Source of the DNA: an uncultured delta proteobacterium | GTDB lineage: Bacteria; Desulfobacterota; Desulfobaccia; Desulfobaccales; 0-14-0-80-60-11 | Direction of reading: 5' to 3' | Length of the DNA: 64,000 bases | NCBI GenBank assembly: GCA_963739295.1 | Contig: CAVTZS010000014.1 | Coordinates: forward strand, 68,878-132,877 | In this document: positions 35,055-45,223 of the stretch, in pieces | Layout of the letters: each line of letters begins with the position of its first letter | How positions within the stretch are numbered: the stretch's first letter is position 1 | Notes under the pieces: generated by a model | Seen by the model: the letters and a program-made list of their open reading frames with translations, nothing else | Databases searched by the model: none | Told to the model about the DNA's origin: nothing | Program-made: the position numbers and the translations under genes

Positions 35055-35918
35055 ATGGAGATTATTACCGAGCCCCTGGTAATGCAGGCCCAGGCTCAAG
35101 AGTGGCGGGCTCAGGGGAAGAAGGTTGTTCTGGTGCCCACCATGGGTTTTTTCCACCAGGGGCACCTCAGCCTGATGGAATATGGCCGCACCGTAGGCGA
35201 CCGCCTGGTCGTGAGCCTGTTCGTCAACCCCGCCCAGTTCGGCCCCCACGAGGATTACCAGAGTTATCCCCGGGACCTGGAGCGAGATACTGACCTGGTC
35301 CGGCAGGTGGGCGCGGACGTCCTGTATCGCCCCAGGGCAGATGCCATGTATCCTGAGGGATATCAGACCTTTGTGACGGTGGAGCATTTATCTGAGGGGC
35401 TGTGTGGTGCCTCCCGGCCGGGACATTTCCTGGGGGTGGCCACCGTGGTGCTCAAATTATTTAACCAGGTGCTGCCCGACGCGGCCATTTTCGGGGAGAA
35501 GGACTACCAGCAACTGGTAATTATCCGGCGGATGGTGGCCGACCTCAATCTCTCTACAGAGGTCTTGGGCCGGCCCATAGTTAGGGAGCCGGACGGGCTG
35601 GCCATGAGCTCCCGAAACACCTATTTGCAGCCCGAGGAGCGCGCTTCCGCCCTATGCCTGTACCGGGCCCTCCAGGCCGCCCGGGAGTTGGTGGCCTCCG
35701 GGGAGAATTCCCGGGACCGGATTCTGATGGCGGTTAAGCAGATCATCACCAGTACGCCCCACACCGCCATCGATTATGTGGCCCTGGTGGAGCCGGAAAC
35801 CCTGATGGAAGTGGAGGCCATCCGGGGCTCGGCCCGCCTGGCTCTGGCCGTCTGGGTAGGAAAGGCCCGGCTCATTGATAATACCTTACTCACGGAGACG
35901 CAGTTATGTTGCGCGTAA
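35055..35918 (+). CDS. panC: Pantoate-beta-alanine ligase
   Basis: MEIITEP..VVLVPTMGFFHQGHLSLM (HxGH). Start trimmed from the track ORF to match PanC N-termini. Confidence 0.9.
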   Translation: MEIITEPLVMQAQAQEWRAQGKKVVLVPTMGFFHQGHLSLMEYGRTVGDRLVVSLFVNPAQFGPHEDYQSYPRDLERDTDLVRQVGADVLYRPRADAMYPEGYQTFVTVEHLSEGLCGASRPGHFLGVATVVLKLFNQVLPDAAIFGEKDYQQLVIIRRMVADLNLSTEVLGRPIVREPDGLAMSSRNTYLQPEERASALCLYRALQAARELVASGENSRDRILMAVKQIITSTPHTAIDYVALVEPETLMEVEAIRGSARLALAVWVGKARLIDNTLLTETQLCCA

Positions 35919-36301
35919 TGTTGAAATCGAAGATTCACCGCGCCACCATCACGGAGGCCAACCTGGCCTATGAAGGCTCTCTCACCATAGACGCGGAGTT
36001 GATGCAGGCTGGGGATATCCTGCCTTATGAGATGGTGCATGTATACAATGTTTCTAACGGCGCCCGGTTCGCCACCTATGCCATAGAGGGAGAAGCGGGC
36101 AGTGGGGTGGTGTGCCTCAATGGCGCCGCGGCCCGTAAAGGCGCACGGGGAGACCTGATCATCATCTCCACCTACGCCACTTATGAAGCGACGGAATTGC
36201 ACCAGCACCAGCCCAAGGTGCTCCTGGTGGATTCCCACAATCGCCTCAAGAAGACCTCTTTTTCAGAAAAACCCTTAACGCTGTTCTCCCTTCCCAGCTA
36301 A
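35906..36301 (+). CDS. panD: Aspartate 1-decarboxylase
   Basis: MLRVMLKSKIHRATITEANLAYEGSLTID contains the G-S self-processing site. Overlaps panC by 13 nt. Confidence 0.9.
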   Translation: MLRVMLKSKIHRATITEANLAYEGSLTIDAELMQAGDILPYEMVHVYNVSNGARFATYAIEGEAGSGVVCLNGAAARKGARGDLIIISTYATYEATELHQHQPKVLLVDSHNRLKKTSFSEKPLTLFSLPS

Positions 36302-36528
36302 GATCAACTGGCTGAGGGCAGGGATTCTCCCACTTCTGGCTCTGTCGAGCAAGGGCAGGGCCGGCCTCGCCCCTTTCCCCAGGTGGTCAGGAGACTGACT
36401 ACCAGCGCGCCAAATTGACCCTTTTTCCCATAAAACCCTTGTTTTTTTCTTAGTGTCCGTTAATATTAATCGATTAATGCGGGGGAGATAGTCCCCCCGT
36501 GACTTTTTTACAAAGGAGCCTTACCAGG

Positions 36529-37695
36529 ATGGCCCAATCCGATTTCCTTTTCACCTCGGAGTCAGTGACCGAGGGGCATCCCGACAAGGTGGCGGACCAG
36601 ATTTCGGACGCCATCTTGGATGCTATCATTGCCCAAGACAAATACGCCCGGGTGGCCTGTGAGACCCTGGTCACCACCGGACTGGTCATGATTGCCGGAG
36701 AGATCACCACCACTGCGCGAATTGATTGTCCAGACATCGTTCGGGAAACCATCAAAGAGATCGGCTATTGCGACTCCTCCATGGGCTTCGATTGGGAGAC
36801 CTGCGCAGTCCTCACCTCCCTGGACCGGCAGTCGCCGGATATCGCCCTGGGCGTGGAAGGCCGGGGTTTGACACCGGAACAGGGGGCGGGCGATCAGGGG
36901 CTGATGTTCGGGTATGCCTCGGATTCCACCGAATCCCTGATGCCCATGCCCATCTGGTATGCCCACCGCTTGGCGGAGCGCCTGGCCAAGGTGAGGAAGG
37001 ACGGCACCCTGCCGTTCCTGCGGCCGGACGGCAAGACCCAAGTCACGGTGCACTACGAAAATGGCGAGCCCAAGAGCATCCATACTGTAGTCATCGCCGC
37101 CCAGCACAACCCCGAGGTGACGTATGAGACTCTCAAGGAAGCCATCGTCGAGGAAGTGATCAAAAAGACTATTCCGCCCCATTTGCTGGAGCCCGGCACA
37201 CGCTTTTTGGTAAATACCACCGGCCGTTTCGTGGTGGGGGGGCCTTTGGCTGACTGTGGCATGACCGGGCGCAAGATCATCGTGGATACCTATGGCGGCC
37301 GGGGCTATCACGGCGGCGGAGCCTTCTCCGGCAAAGACCCCACCAAGGTGGACCGCACCACTTCCTATATGCTGCGCCATGTGGCCAAAAATGTGGTGGC
37401 CGCAGGACTGGCCAGGCGCTGCGAAGTGCAGGTGGCCTATTCCATCGGCCTTCCTGACCCCCTCTCCATCGTGGTCTATACCTATGGCACCGGGGTCATC
37501 GACGATGACAAGCTCTTGGAGATCATCAAGGCCACCTTCAATTTTAAGCCCGCGGCCATGATCCAATATCTGGACATGCAGCGCCCCATCTTCAAAAAGA
37601 CCGCAGCTTATGGCCATTTCGGCCGCACGGACCCAGACTTCACCTGGGAATATATCAATAAAGTTAACGCCTTACGGGAAAAGGCGGGCCTGTAA
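36529..37695 (+). CDS. metK: S-adenosylmethionine synthetase
   Basis: [32 protein letters not shown] and [15 protein letters not shown]. Start trimmed to MAQSDF. Confidence 0.95.
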   Translation: MAQSDFLFTSESVTEGHPDKVADQISDAILDAIIAQDKYARVACETLVTTGLVMIAGEITTTARIDCPDIVRETIKEIGYCDSSMGFDWETCAVLTSLDRQSPDIALGVEGRGLTPEQGAGDQGLMFGYASDSTESLMPMPIWYAHRLAERLAKVRKDGTLPFLRPDGKTQVTVHYENGEPKSIHTVVIAAQHNPEVTYETLKEAIVEEVIKKTIPPHLLEPGTRFLVNTTGRFVVGGPLADCGMTGRKIIVDTYGGRGYHGGGAFSGKDPTKVDRTTSYMLRHVAKNVVAAGLARRCEVQVAYSIGLPDPLSIVVYTYGTGVIDDDKLLEIIKATFNFKPAAMIQYLDMQRPIFKKTAAYGHFGRTDPDFTWEYINKVNALREKAGL

Positions 37696-37730
37696 CCTCG
37701 GGCTCGTAAAGAACCTGTCGCGAGGTCGTA

Positions 37731-38987
37731 ATGGATTATCATGTGAAAGATCTGGGCCTGGCTACTAAAGGCCGCCTGCGGGTGGAATGGGCCATGCGGG
37801 AGATGCCGGTACTTAAGTCCATTGCCAGCCGTTTTGCCCGGGAACAAACTCTGAAAGGATTGCGGGTGGCCGCCTGCCTCCATGTCACCACGGAGACCGC
37901 GGCGCTGTTGACCACCCTGAAGGCCGGCGGGGCCACGGTGCACGTCTGCGCCTCCAATCCCCTGAGCACCCAGGACGATGTAGCCGCTTATCTGGTTAAA
38001 GACGAGTCCATCCCCACCTTTGCCATCAAAGGGGAGGACAGCGAAACCTATTACCGCCACATCCACCAGGCCCTGGAGGTGAGGCCCCAGGTGACCATGG
38101 ACGACGGCGCCGACCTGGTCTTCACGGCCCATAGCAAGCGCCAGGAGCTGATCCCCGAGATCCTGGGGGGCACCGAGGAAACCACCACCGGGGTTATCCG
38201 CCTCAAGGCTATGGCTAAGGACGGGGTGCTGCGTTATCCCATAATTGCGGTTAATGACGCCCAGACCAAGCACCTCTTCGATAACCGCTATGGCACAGGC
38301 CAGAGCACCCTTGACGGCATTCTTAGAACCACCAACCGCTTACTGGCAGGGAGCGTCTTCGTGGTTTCGGGCTACGGCATGTGCGGCCGGGGCGTGTCCA
38401 TGCGGGCCAAAGGGGCCGGGGCCCGGGTGATTATCACGGAAGTGAATCCCTTGAAGGCCCTGGAGGCGGTGATGGACGGCTACGAGGTGCTGCCCATGTC
38501 CCGGGCCGCCCAGATCGGGGACATCTTCTGCACCGTGACGGGGGATATCCGGGTCATCCGGGAAGAGCATTTCTTAAGCATGAAAGACGGGGCCATCCTT
38601 TGCAACTCCGGTCACTTCAATGTGGAAATAGATGTGGAGACCTTGGCGAATATGAGCACTTCCTCTCGAACCATTCGGGAACAGGTGCAGGAATTCGCCC
38701 TGAAAGACGGCAAGTGCCTGTATCTGCTGAGCGAAGGAAGGTTGGTCAATCTGGCCGCGGCTGAAGGCCATCCCGCCTCGGTAATGGACATGAGCTTCGC
38801 CAACCAGGCCCTGGCCACGGAATATATCGGCAAAAATTACGGAAAGTTAGAAAAACGGGTTTATTCTGTGCCGGTGCACATTGACCGGGAGATCGCCCGC
38901 CTGAAACTGGCTTCCATGGGAGTGGAAATCGACACCCTGAGTCCCGAACAAGAAAAATACCTGGCATCCTACGATTTGGGTACTTAA
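37731..38987 (+). CDS. ahcY: Adenosylhomocysteinase
   Basis: 418 aa. Contains [16 protein letters not shown] and [26 protein letters not shown] (NAD site). Confidence 0.95.
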   Translation: MDYHVKDLGLATKGRLRVEWAMREMPVLKSIASRFAREQTLKGLRVAACLHVTTETAALLTTLKAGGATVHVCASNPLSTQDDVAAYLVKDESIPTFAIKGEDSETYYRHIHQALEVRPQVTMDDGADLVFTAHSKRQELIPEILGGTEETTTGVIRLKAMAKDGVLRYPIIAVNDAQTKHLFDNRYGTGQSTLDGILRTTNRLLAGSVFVVSGYGMCGRGVSMRAKGAGARVIITEVNPLKALEAVMDGYEVLPMSRAAQIGDIFCTVTGDIRVIREEHFLSMKDGAILCNSGHFNVEIDVETLANMSTSSRTIREQVQEFALKDGKCLYLLSEGRLVNLAAAEGHPASVMDMSFANQALATEYIGKNYGKLEKRVYSVPVHIDREIARLKLASMGVEIDTLSPEQEKYLASYDLGT

Positions 38988-38998
38988 TTTGGGAATAT

Positions 38999-39064
38999 TG
39001 GGGGAGGGGGCAGGGACCGTAGGGGCGACCCGGCGGGTCGCTTCTACAATGGCCCCCCCTCCAA
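38999..39064. repeat. G-rich element fragment; last copy seen in the window
   Basis: tgggggagggggcagggaccgtaggggcgaccc-ggc-gggtcgc .. ggccccccctcc. Confidence 0.55.
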
Positions 39065-39089
39065 CAATTTCTTTAAAAGGGCTGTACCC

Positions 39090-40508
39090 ATGACCGACAT
39101 TAAATTCGGTACTTCCGGTTGGCGGGGAATCCTAGCGGAGGATTTCACCTTCCCTAACGCCCGGTTGGTCTGCCAGGCCATTGCCGAATATCTTAAAGGA
39201 GAAGGCCTGGCCTCCCAGGGAGTGATTATCGGCTATGACACCCGCTTCCAATCCGAGGCCTTTGCGGCCGCGGCCGCGGAAGTAATGGCCGGCAACGGCA
39301 TTCCCAGTTATTTTACCCGGCGGGACACCCCCACCCCGGTGGTAAGTTTCGCCATCATTCAAGGCAGGCACGCGGGCGGGATCAACATCACCGCCAGTCA
39401 CAATCCCCCGGAATATAACGGCCTCAAGTTCTCTCCGGCTCAAGGCGGCCCGGCCCCGACGACGGTCACCAATGCCATTGAGTCTCTCATCGGCACCCTT
39501 GACCCCCGGTCCCTCAAGGCCCTGCCCCTGGCTGCGGCCCGGGACCAGGGACTGGTAACGGATATCGATCCCCGGGAGGACTACTTCCAGCATCTCATGA
39601 CCCTGGTGGACACTGAGGCCTTGAGGCGGGCGGGGTTGCGCGTGGTGGTGGATGTCCTCTATGGCACGGCCCGGGATTATTTGGATGCCTTTTTAAGGGA
39701 AGCGGGAGTTACGGTGGAGCCGCTGCATTGCTATCGCGACCCTTACTTTGGCGGCCACCGGCCCGAGCCCTCCGAGGAATTCCTCGGAGAGCTGTCCGCC
39801 CGGATTAAGGCCACCGGGGCGCACCTGGGATTGGCGGTGGACGCCGACGCCGATCGGTTTGGGGTGATGAACGCGGCCGGCGAATATCATGAAGCCAATG
39901 AAATCCTGGGCCTCTTGCTGGATTATCTCATAGACACCCGGGGTTGGTCCGGAGGAGTGGCCCGGAGTGTGGCCACCACCCACCTCATTGACCGGGTGGC
40001 GGCCTTCCACGGCCGGCCGGTCTATGAGACCAGGGTGGGATTCAAATATTTAGGGCAATATATCCTTAAGGACTCCGTGGTGATGGTGGGAGAAGAGAGC
40101 GAAGGCTTCTCCATGAAACACCATCTGCCGGAAAAGGATGGCATCCTGGCCTGCCTGATGGTGGCGGAAATGGTGGCCCGAAGAGGCCAAGGCCTCCCTC
40201 AGCTCCTTAAGGAGTTGTTTTCCCGGGTGGGGCCGGTTTATAATCGCCGCCTCAACCTCTCCCTGGCCCCGGAAGCCAAAGAGCGGTTGATGGCTCATCT
40301 CGAAGTTCCTCCGGAGACCTTTGCCGGCCTCAAGGTTACCGGACATGTGACCCTGGACGGTCATAAATACCTTCTGGAAGATGGCAGTTGGGTGTGCTTC
40401 CGGCCCTCCGGCACTGAACCGGTGGTGCGCTTCTACCTGGAGGCCCCGTCTCCCCAGGGCCTCAAGCGCTTGCAGCAGGCAGGCGAGGCCTTGCTCCAGG
40501 AAATCTGA
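39090..40508 (+). CDS. Phosphoglucomutase/phosphomannomutase family enzyme
   Basis: 472 aa. Has the active-site loop TASHNPPEYNGLKF and the metal loop DADADRFG. Confidence 0.85.
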   Translation: MTDIKFGTSGWRGILAEDFTFPNARLVCQAIAEYLKGEGLASQGVIIGYDTRFQSEAFAAAAAEVMAGNGIPSYFTRRDTPTPVVSFAIIQGRHAGGINITASHNPPEYNGLKFSPAQGGPAPTTVTNAIESLIGTLDPRSLKALPLAAARDQGLVTDIDPREDYFQHLMTLVDTEALRRAGLRVVVDVLYGTARDYLDAFLREAGVTVEPLHCYRDPYFGGHRPEPSEEFLGELSARIKATGAHLGLAVDADADRFGVMNAAGEYHEANEILGLLLDYLIDTRGWSGGVARSVATTHLIDRVAAFHGRPVYETRVGFKYLGQYILKDSVVMVGEESEGFSMKHHLPEKDGILACLMVAEMVARRGQGLPQLLKELFSRVGPVYNRRLNLSLAPEAKERLMAHLEVPPETFAGLKVTGHVTLDGHKYLLEDGSWVCFRPSGTEPVVRFYLEAPSPQGLKRLQQAGEALLQEI

Positions 40509-40509
40509 C

Positions 40510-41139
40510 ATGCCCGGGTTGAGTTTCCCTTATCTTCTGGAAGCGGCTCTCATGGCCGTGGTGCTCCTGTTCTCCGTGATTGTCCATGAAGTGGCCCACG
40601 GATATGTGGCCCTGCTTAACGGCGACCCCACCGCCCGCCTGTTAGGCCGGATTACTCTAAACCCCGTTCCCCACATCGACCCCATAGGCACCATCCTCTT
40701 GCCTGGTATTTTGCTGTTGAGCCATGCCGGCATCCTTTTCGGCTGGGCCCGGCCGGTGCCGGTAAACCCTTTAAATTATCGGGACTACCGCCTGGGGGAA
40801 TTCACCGTCAGCGCCGCGGGCCCGGTAAGTAACCTGCTCCTGGCCGCGTTCTTCGCCTATCTGCTGCGGTTGACCGGCGGCAACCCCGGCCTCACCTTCA
40901 TCGCCTACTATGGGTGCAGCATCAACATCTTCCTGGCCCTGTTCAACCTGATCCCCATACCTCCCCTGGACGGCTCCCACATCCTGTCCATTCTCCTGCC
41001 CGCCCACCTGGCCCGGCTCTATCAGTATTTGGAGCCCGTGGGGTTTATCCTGATCCTCCTTTTGTTTTACACCGGCCTGATGGGGGCCATCCTCATGCCC
41101 ATCTATCGGCACATCGCCCTTTTCCTGATAGGCCGGTAA
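40510..41139 (+). CDS. Site-2 protease family (peptidase M50) membrane metalloprotease
   Basis: HEVAHG and NLIPIPPLDGSH motifs. Polytopic. ATG at 40510, 1 nt after the upstream stop. Confidence 0.8.
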   Translation: MPGLSFPYLLEAALMAVVLLFSVIVHEVAHGYVALLNGDPTARLLGRITLNPVPHIDPIGTILLPGILLLSHAGILFGWARPVPVNPLNYRDYRLGEFTVSAAGPVSNLLLAAFFAYLLRLTGGNPGLTFIAYYGCSINIFLALFNLIPIPPLDGSHILSILLPAHLARLYQYLEPVGFILILLLFYTGLMGAILMPIYRHIALFLIGR

Positions 41140-41261
41140 TCACTGGGAGAACTGGCCTTATAGCCCCCAGGCACCCTCTAAATCCCGGCTTGGCCCCTCA
41201 CCCTTCCCTGGAATCCCACCGCCCATTTCCCTGCCTTTAAGAATATGCTATGGTTTAATGG

Positions 41262-43043
41262 ATGAAAATGAAGAGCAAAGTAGGCGGCAAGCTCCTGGGC
41301 GTCAACCTCCTGTCCCTCTTCGTGGCCCTGGTGGGCTTACTTCTGGTGATGCAATACCTGGCCACCCGGCAGATCCTGGAAGGACACCGACAGCGGGTGG
41401 AATTGGCGGCCCGCCTGGTGCTGGCGGAATACCAGGGAAAGATTCAGCGGGTGGAACAGGTCGCCAGCCTCCTGGCCGACAACCCCAGCTACGGCGAGAT
41501 GCTGGCCTCCGGGAATGTGGAGAGCTTGCGGAGCCAGGTCACCCCCATGATGAAGGAAACCGGCCTGCATATCCTCACCATTACCGACCAGAAGGGGGTG
41601 ATCCAGGTCCGGGCTCACGACCCCGGGGCCCTGGGGGTGGATATCTCCAGCAATCCCCTGGTGCGGGCCGGCCTCAAGGGCAAGGAAGCCTCCCGCATGA
41701 CCCAGTGGAAAGATAGCATCGCCCTGAGCGCCTCGGCCCCCATCATCTACGAGGGGCGGGTGGCGGGGGTGATTCTCACCGGGGTTCTCATCGACAAGGG
41801 ATTCGTGGAATCCCTGTCCCGCCCGGGGGCGGAGGTGGCCATCTTCTTCGCCAATCGCCTGGTGGTCAATTCCTTTAAGAATCTGCCGGAAACCGCCCTC
41901 AATCAGATCAGGCGGAGCAAGGACCTGGCCGCCACGGCTCCCGGGGAGGCCCGGGTCCAGAGCCTCAAGTTGGGAGACCAGGACTACATGATCACCTTCC
42001 TGCCTTTGGAAGAAGAAGAGAAGCCCTGGGAGAACCTCATCGTCGTGGGGGTCAACCGCCGGGAACTGGATCTGACCTTAAGGGCTTTGAAATTGGTAAT
42101 CTTCGGGGTGGGAGGGGCCGCGGCCCTCATCGGCGGACTCCTCAGCTTCTGGCTCTCTTCGGGCATGCGCCGCCAGATCGCCTATCTGGCCGAAGGCACC
42201 CGTCAGGCGGCCAGAGCCGAACTGGCCGGGGATATCCCGGTGACCAGCCGGGACGAATTGGGGGAACTGGCGGAATCTTTCAACTACATGACCCGAGCCC
42301 TCAGGGAGAAGACCCGGCTCCTCCAGGCGGAAAGGGACCGGGTCGCGGCCAATGCCGATTTCCTGTCCATGATCGTCCATGACATCAAGGCGCCGTTGAC
42401 CGGGGTGCGTCTCACCATCGAGGCCCTGCAGGACGAAACCCTGCCTCCGGAGATCCACCAGAAATTGCAGGGGATCATTCAACGCAGCGAAGGCTTGCTG
42501 CTGCACCTGCATAATGTTTTGGATCTGAGCCGGTTGGAGTCCGGGCGCTTGGCCTTGAAACCAGAGGCGGTGCCGCCGGGATTTATCCTCCAGCGCCTGC
42601 TGCACCACTTTAGCCCCCTGGCCCAGCGTCAGGGAGTGAAACTCACCGCCACCCCGGCCCCGGACCTCCCTCCCATCAAGGTGGACGAACCCTCCCTGGA
42701 CCGGGTGCTCTCCAATCTCCTGGTGAACGCCCTGGCCGCCACCCCCCAGGGCGGGGAAATTCAGCTTTTGGCCCAGGTGCTTCCCGGGTCCAACTCCCAG
42801 GAAGTGGAGATCATGGTGCTTGATACCGGTTGCGGCCTGAGCCCGGCGGAGAAAGAGAACCTCTTCGAAAAATATCGCCTCTCTCCCCACAAGAGCGGCG
42901 GGGTGGGCCTGGGGCTCTATATCTGTAAGACCCTGGTGGAGGCCAATCAGGGGCGTATCTGGGTGGAGAGCGAACTCGGCCAGGGATGTAAATTTCACCT
43001 GATCTTCCCCGCGGCCTCCGCTCCCGGTTCCATAGAAGGTTAA
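41262..43043 (+). CDS. Sensor histidine kinase with a large extracytoplasmic domain, HAMP, HisKA and HATPase_c
   Basis: 593 aa. TM1, a ~270-aa periplasmic-type domain, TM2, HAMP (ELGELAESFNYM), H-box MIVHDIKAPL and G-box GGVGLGLYICKTL. Confidence 0.85.
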   Translation: MKMKSKVGGKLLGVNLLSLFVALVGLLLVMQYLATRQILEGHRQRVELAARLVLAEYQGKIQRVEQVASLLADNPSYGEMLASGNVESLRSQVTPMMKETGLHILTITDQKGVIQVRAHDPGALGVDISSNPLVRAGLKGKEASRMTQWKDSIALSASAPIIYEGRVAGVILTGVLIDKGFVESLSRPGAEVAIFFANRLVVNSFKNLPETALNQIRRSKDLAATAPGEARVQSLKLGDQDYMITFLPLEEEEKPWENLIVVGVNRRELDLTLRALKLVIFGVGGAAALIGGLLSFWLSSGMRRQIAYLAEGTRQAARAELAGDIPVTSRDELGELAESFNYMTRALREKTRLLQAERDRVAANADFLSMIVHDIKAPLTGVRLTIEALQDETLPPEIHQKLQGIIQRSEGLLLHLHNVLDLSRLESGRLALKPEAVPPGFILQRLLHHFSPLAQRQGVKLTATPAPDLPPIKVDEPSLDRVLSNLLVNALAATPQGGEIQLLAQVLPGSNSQEVEIMVLDTGCGLSPAEKENLFEKYRLSPHKSGGVGLGLYICKTLVEANQGRIWVESELGQGCKFHLIFPAASAPGSIEG

Positions 43044-43115
43044 GCCTGGGGCAGGTGGTGGCCACTCAGTTCCCGTTTAAGCCTTTCAAACTTGGCATTA
43101 ATTTATCGCACGAAA
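42906..43115 (+). repeat. Direct repeat copy 1 (kinase 3' end plus ~70 nt downstream)
   Basis: Aligns without indels to 63733-63870 over the coding 138 nt, with 9 mismatches counted by hand. Similarity continues more weakly past the stop to cattaatttat. Confidence 0.85.
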
Positions 43116-43161
43116 TCTAATTCGCTCAAAGCTATAGGCAAGTGAGCGGTAATAAGTAGAT

Positions 43162-43191
43162 GTTCCCAAGCACAGCTTGGAGAGAACGAGA
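43162..43191. repeat. gttcccaag-N5-cttgggaac palindrome family, degenerate copy
   Basis: gttcccaag-cacag-cttggagagaacgaga. Confidence 0.6.
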
Positions 43192-43372
43192 AAAGACTGA
43201 AAGTCGGAAAAGGATGGTTATTAATGGCTATCGAATCTCCCCTATTCCAGAGCTCTATGGAATTACAATCCTGGGCACTCGATGAACACATTTCATATGG
43301 AAGGCGGCTAATGAACTAGATCCGTAAACTTCTGATTCTTCATCTTGCAAATGTCTGTTGTAGGGTTAATTT

Positions 43373-44425
43373 ATGAAGGACATTCTCCGCTGGCATAGAT
43401 CTGGACTTACACGAGAGTCTATTTATAAGAATCCAAAACGAAACTGTGACCGAAAACCCACAAGTTGATTTGAAACTCTCAAAACGTAAGCCACTGGATT
43501 TGTTGTCCCTTATCAGAACCCTGAGTTAGCTTGCCCATTCCTCATTTCCGGACACTTGGCGATAAAACCCCAAGCAGGCCCAGTCCCGACCTTATTGACA
43601 CCATCCAATTGATGCAGCGGCGGCAGGATTGGATGCGCGAGTTCTTGATCGAGGAAGGTCAGGACCCGTCTCCGATAGCATGGTCTGCCCAACCGGACGC
43701 CCCGCCGGTATCGGTCGCAGATCATATTCGACACGCGCTGAGGTTAGATGAGGGATGGGCCGCCCAACAGAGGACTTGGGAAGAAGCCCTGCGTGTTCTC
43801 CGGGAAACAATGGAAGATGCCGGGATCATTGTTATTGTTAATGGGGTAGTCGGAAATAACACTCATCGCAAGCTCAATCCTGGCGAATTTCGAGGTTTCG
43901 TTCTCGTAGATAAGTATGCTGCGCTTTATTTATCGATGGTGACGCCAACGCCCTGCAATGTTTACATCGCATAGTTGGCTCACGTCTTTTTTGGTAGCAG
44001 CGCCGCTTTCGACCTGCGTGAAATGCAACCGGCAGACGACCCGATTGAACAGGCGTCCAACCGGGTAGCTGCTGAATTTCTTGTTCCAGAATGAGCTTAC
44101 GTCAATATTCCTACTTAAAAACAATCAGATTTTTTTAAGAAATCCCCACCAGTTAAAGGTCAGTGTCCGTGGCGGCGCGCAGGGCGTTGCACTATCAACC
44201 AAACTTTGAAGAGCTTATTGCACAATTTACACACAGAAAAAGACCGCGCTGCTGCCCGTCGAACGGGAGGGGGCGACTTCTACGTCAATCAAAATCTACG
44301 TGTTGGCCGGCGATTCGCCTCCGCCGTGGCACGGGCGGCTATAGAAGGGAAACTGTTTTTACTCGGAAGCCTCGAATGAATCAAATTGGAAAAACTTAAG
44401 AAGTTATCAAAGGTGCATCCCTTAG
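43373..44425 (+). pseudogene. HTH + ImmA/IrrE (COG2856/DUF955) metallopeptidase gene, multiply disrupted
   Basis: Pieces lie in three frames: MKDILRWHRSGLT.. (HTH start), LPIPHFRTLGDK..QLMQRRQDWMREF..GVVGNNTHRKLNPGEFRGF (track ORF 43531..43974), ..MFTSH / LAHVFFGSSAAFDL (HExxH split by a 1-nt loss near 43973), and ..GGGDFYVNQNLRVGRRFASAVARAAIEGKL. Several in-frame stops. Confidence 0.7.
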
Positions 44426-44496
44426 AATCGGGGGGCGCTGTTATCATTAACTGGCATACATAGAGTCAAGAATGGCAAGGCTATTAGGCCAAGATA

Positions 44497-44829
44497 TTGG
44501 GATTGATCAGGAAGGTGAGATTTAAACCTCCATGGATGTATTTATCCACGCGCTATCTCGAACGATTTGGAGTCGAAACGCCACCAGAGCTTGCCACCCA
44601 AATGGAAGATTTAAGGCGATTGCGCAATCTTGCTGCTCATGGAAGAAAGGATCCAACAAGAGAGGAAGTTATTCGGTCCATCACAACAGTCGAGCGTTAT
44701 GAAAAATTTATCGATAGTTTAGATAAAAAGGTGATTAGTCAAAAAGTAAAGGAATATTATGAAGAAAGGCGGAAGGCAGAAAAAGAGGAGGAACAAAAGG
44801 TTGGGCTGGGCTTGATAGCTAGCAGTTAA
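44497..44829 (+). CDS. Hypothetical protein with a DUF4145-like LRRLRNLAAHG motif (possibly a remnant)
   Basis: 110-aa ORF with a non-ATG start. An internal ATG gives 97 aa. Has a Lys/Glu-rich tail and is AT-rich. Upstream frames are closed by stops. Confidence 0.3.
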   Translation: MGLIRKVRFKPPWMYLSTRYLERFGVETPPELATQMEDLRRLRNLAAHGRKDPTREEVIRSITTVERYEKFIDSLDKKVISQKVKEYYEERRKAEKEEEQKVGLGLIASS

Positions 44830-45009
44830 CCATGGCCGCTGCACACCGTTGGTAGGTTGGAGAGATTGATTGAAAAGGCTACGGAAGCTATACTGCTATC
44901 TATCAACAATATTATGAGCCCATAAAATATTCTAATATGATTTAATAATGCGCAATTGTTTATGATGTTGAGTATAGAAAGATCAAATTCTGAAGGCTGT
45001 CGCCCCACT

Positions 45010-45159
45010 TTGTCCCGCCACGAGGCGATAATCGAACCTCTCCTGGACGCCCGCCGCGCTGCTGACCGCCTGCCGCAGTGGGTGTTAACTTACGCCCGCC
45101 GGGAAGAATTATTCGCTCCCGGAGACCGGGTCCTGGTGGCAGTGTCCGGGGGCCCGGTC
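45010..45159 (+). pseudogene. tilS: tRNA(Ile)-lysidine synthase 5' fragment (about 50 codons)
   Basis: SRHEAIIEPLLD..LFAPGDRVLVAVSGGP matches the TilS N-terminus up to the SGGxDS P-loop. Similarity stops at 45159, where a palindromic repeat begins. This patch is GC-rich, unlike the DNA to its left. Confidence 0.55.
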
Positions 45160-45189
45160 ATCTCGTTCCCAAGTTGCACTTGGGAACGA
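45160..45189. repeat. gttcccaag-N5-cttgggaac palindrome (inverted orientation)
   Basis: atctcgttcccaag-ttgca-cttgggaacga, with an 11-bp perfect stem. Confidence 0.8.
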
Positions 45190-45223
45190 CCATGGGTGCC
45201 AAGCTAAGGTTGGCTGTCAAACA

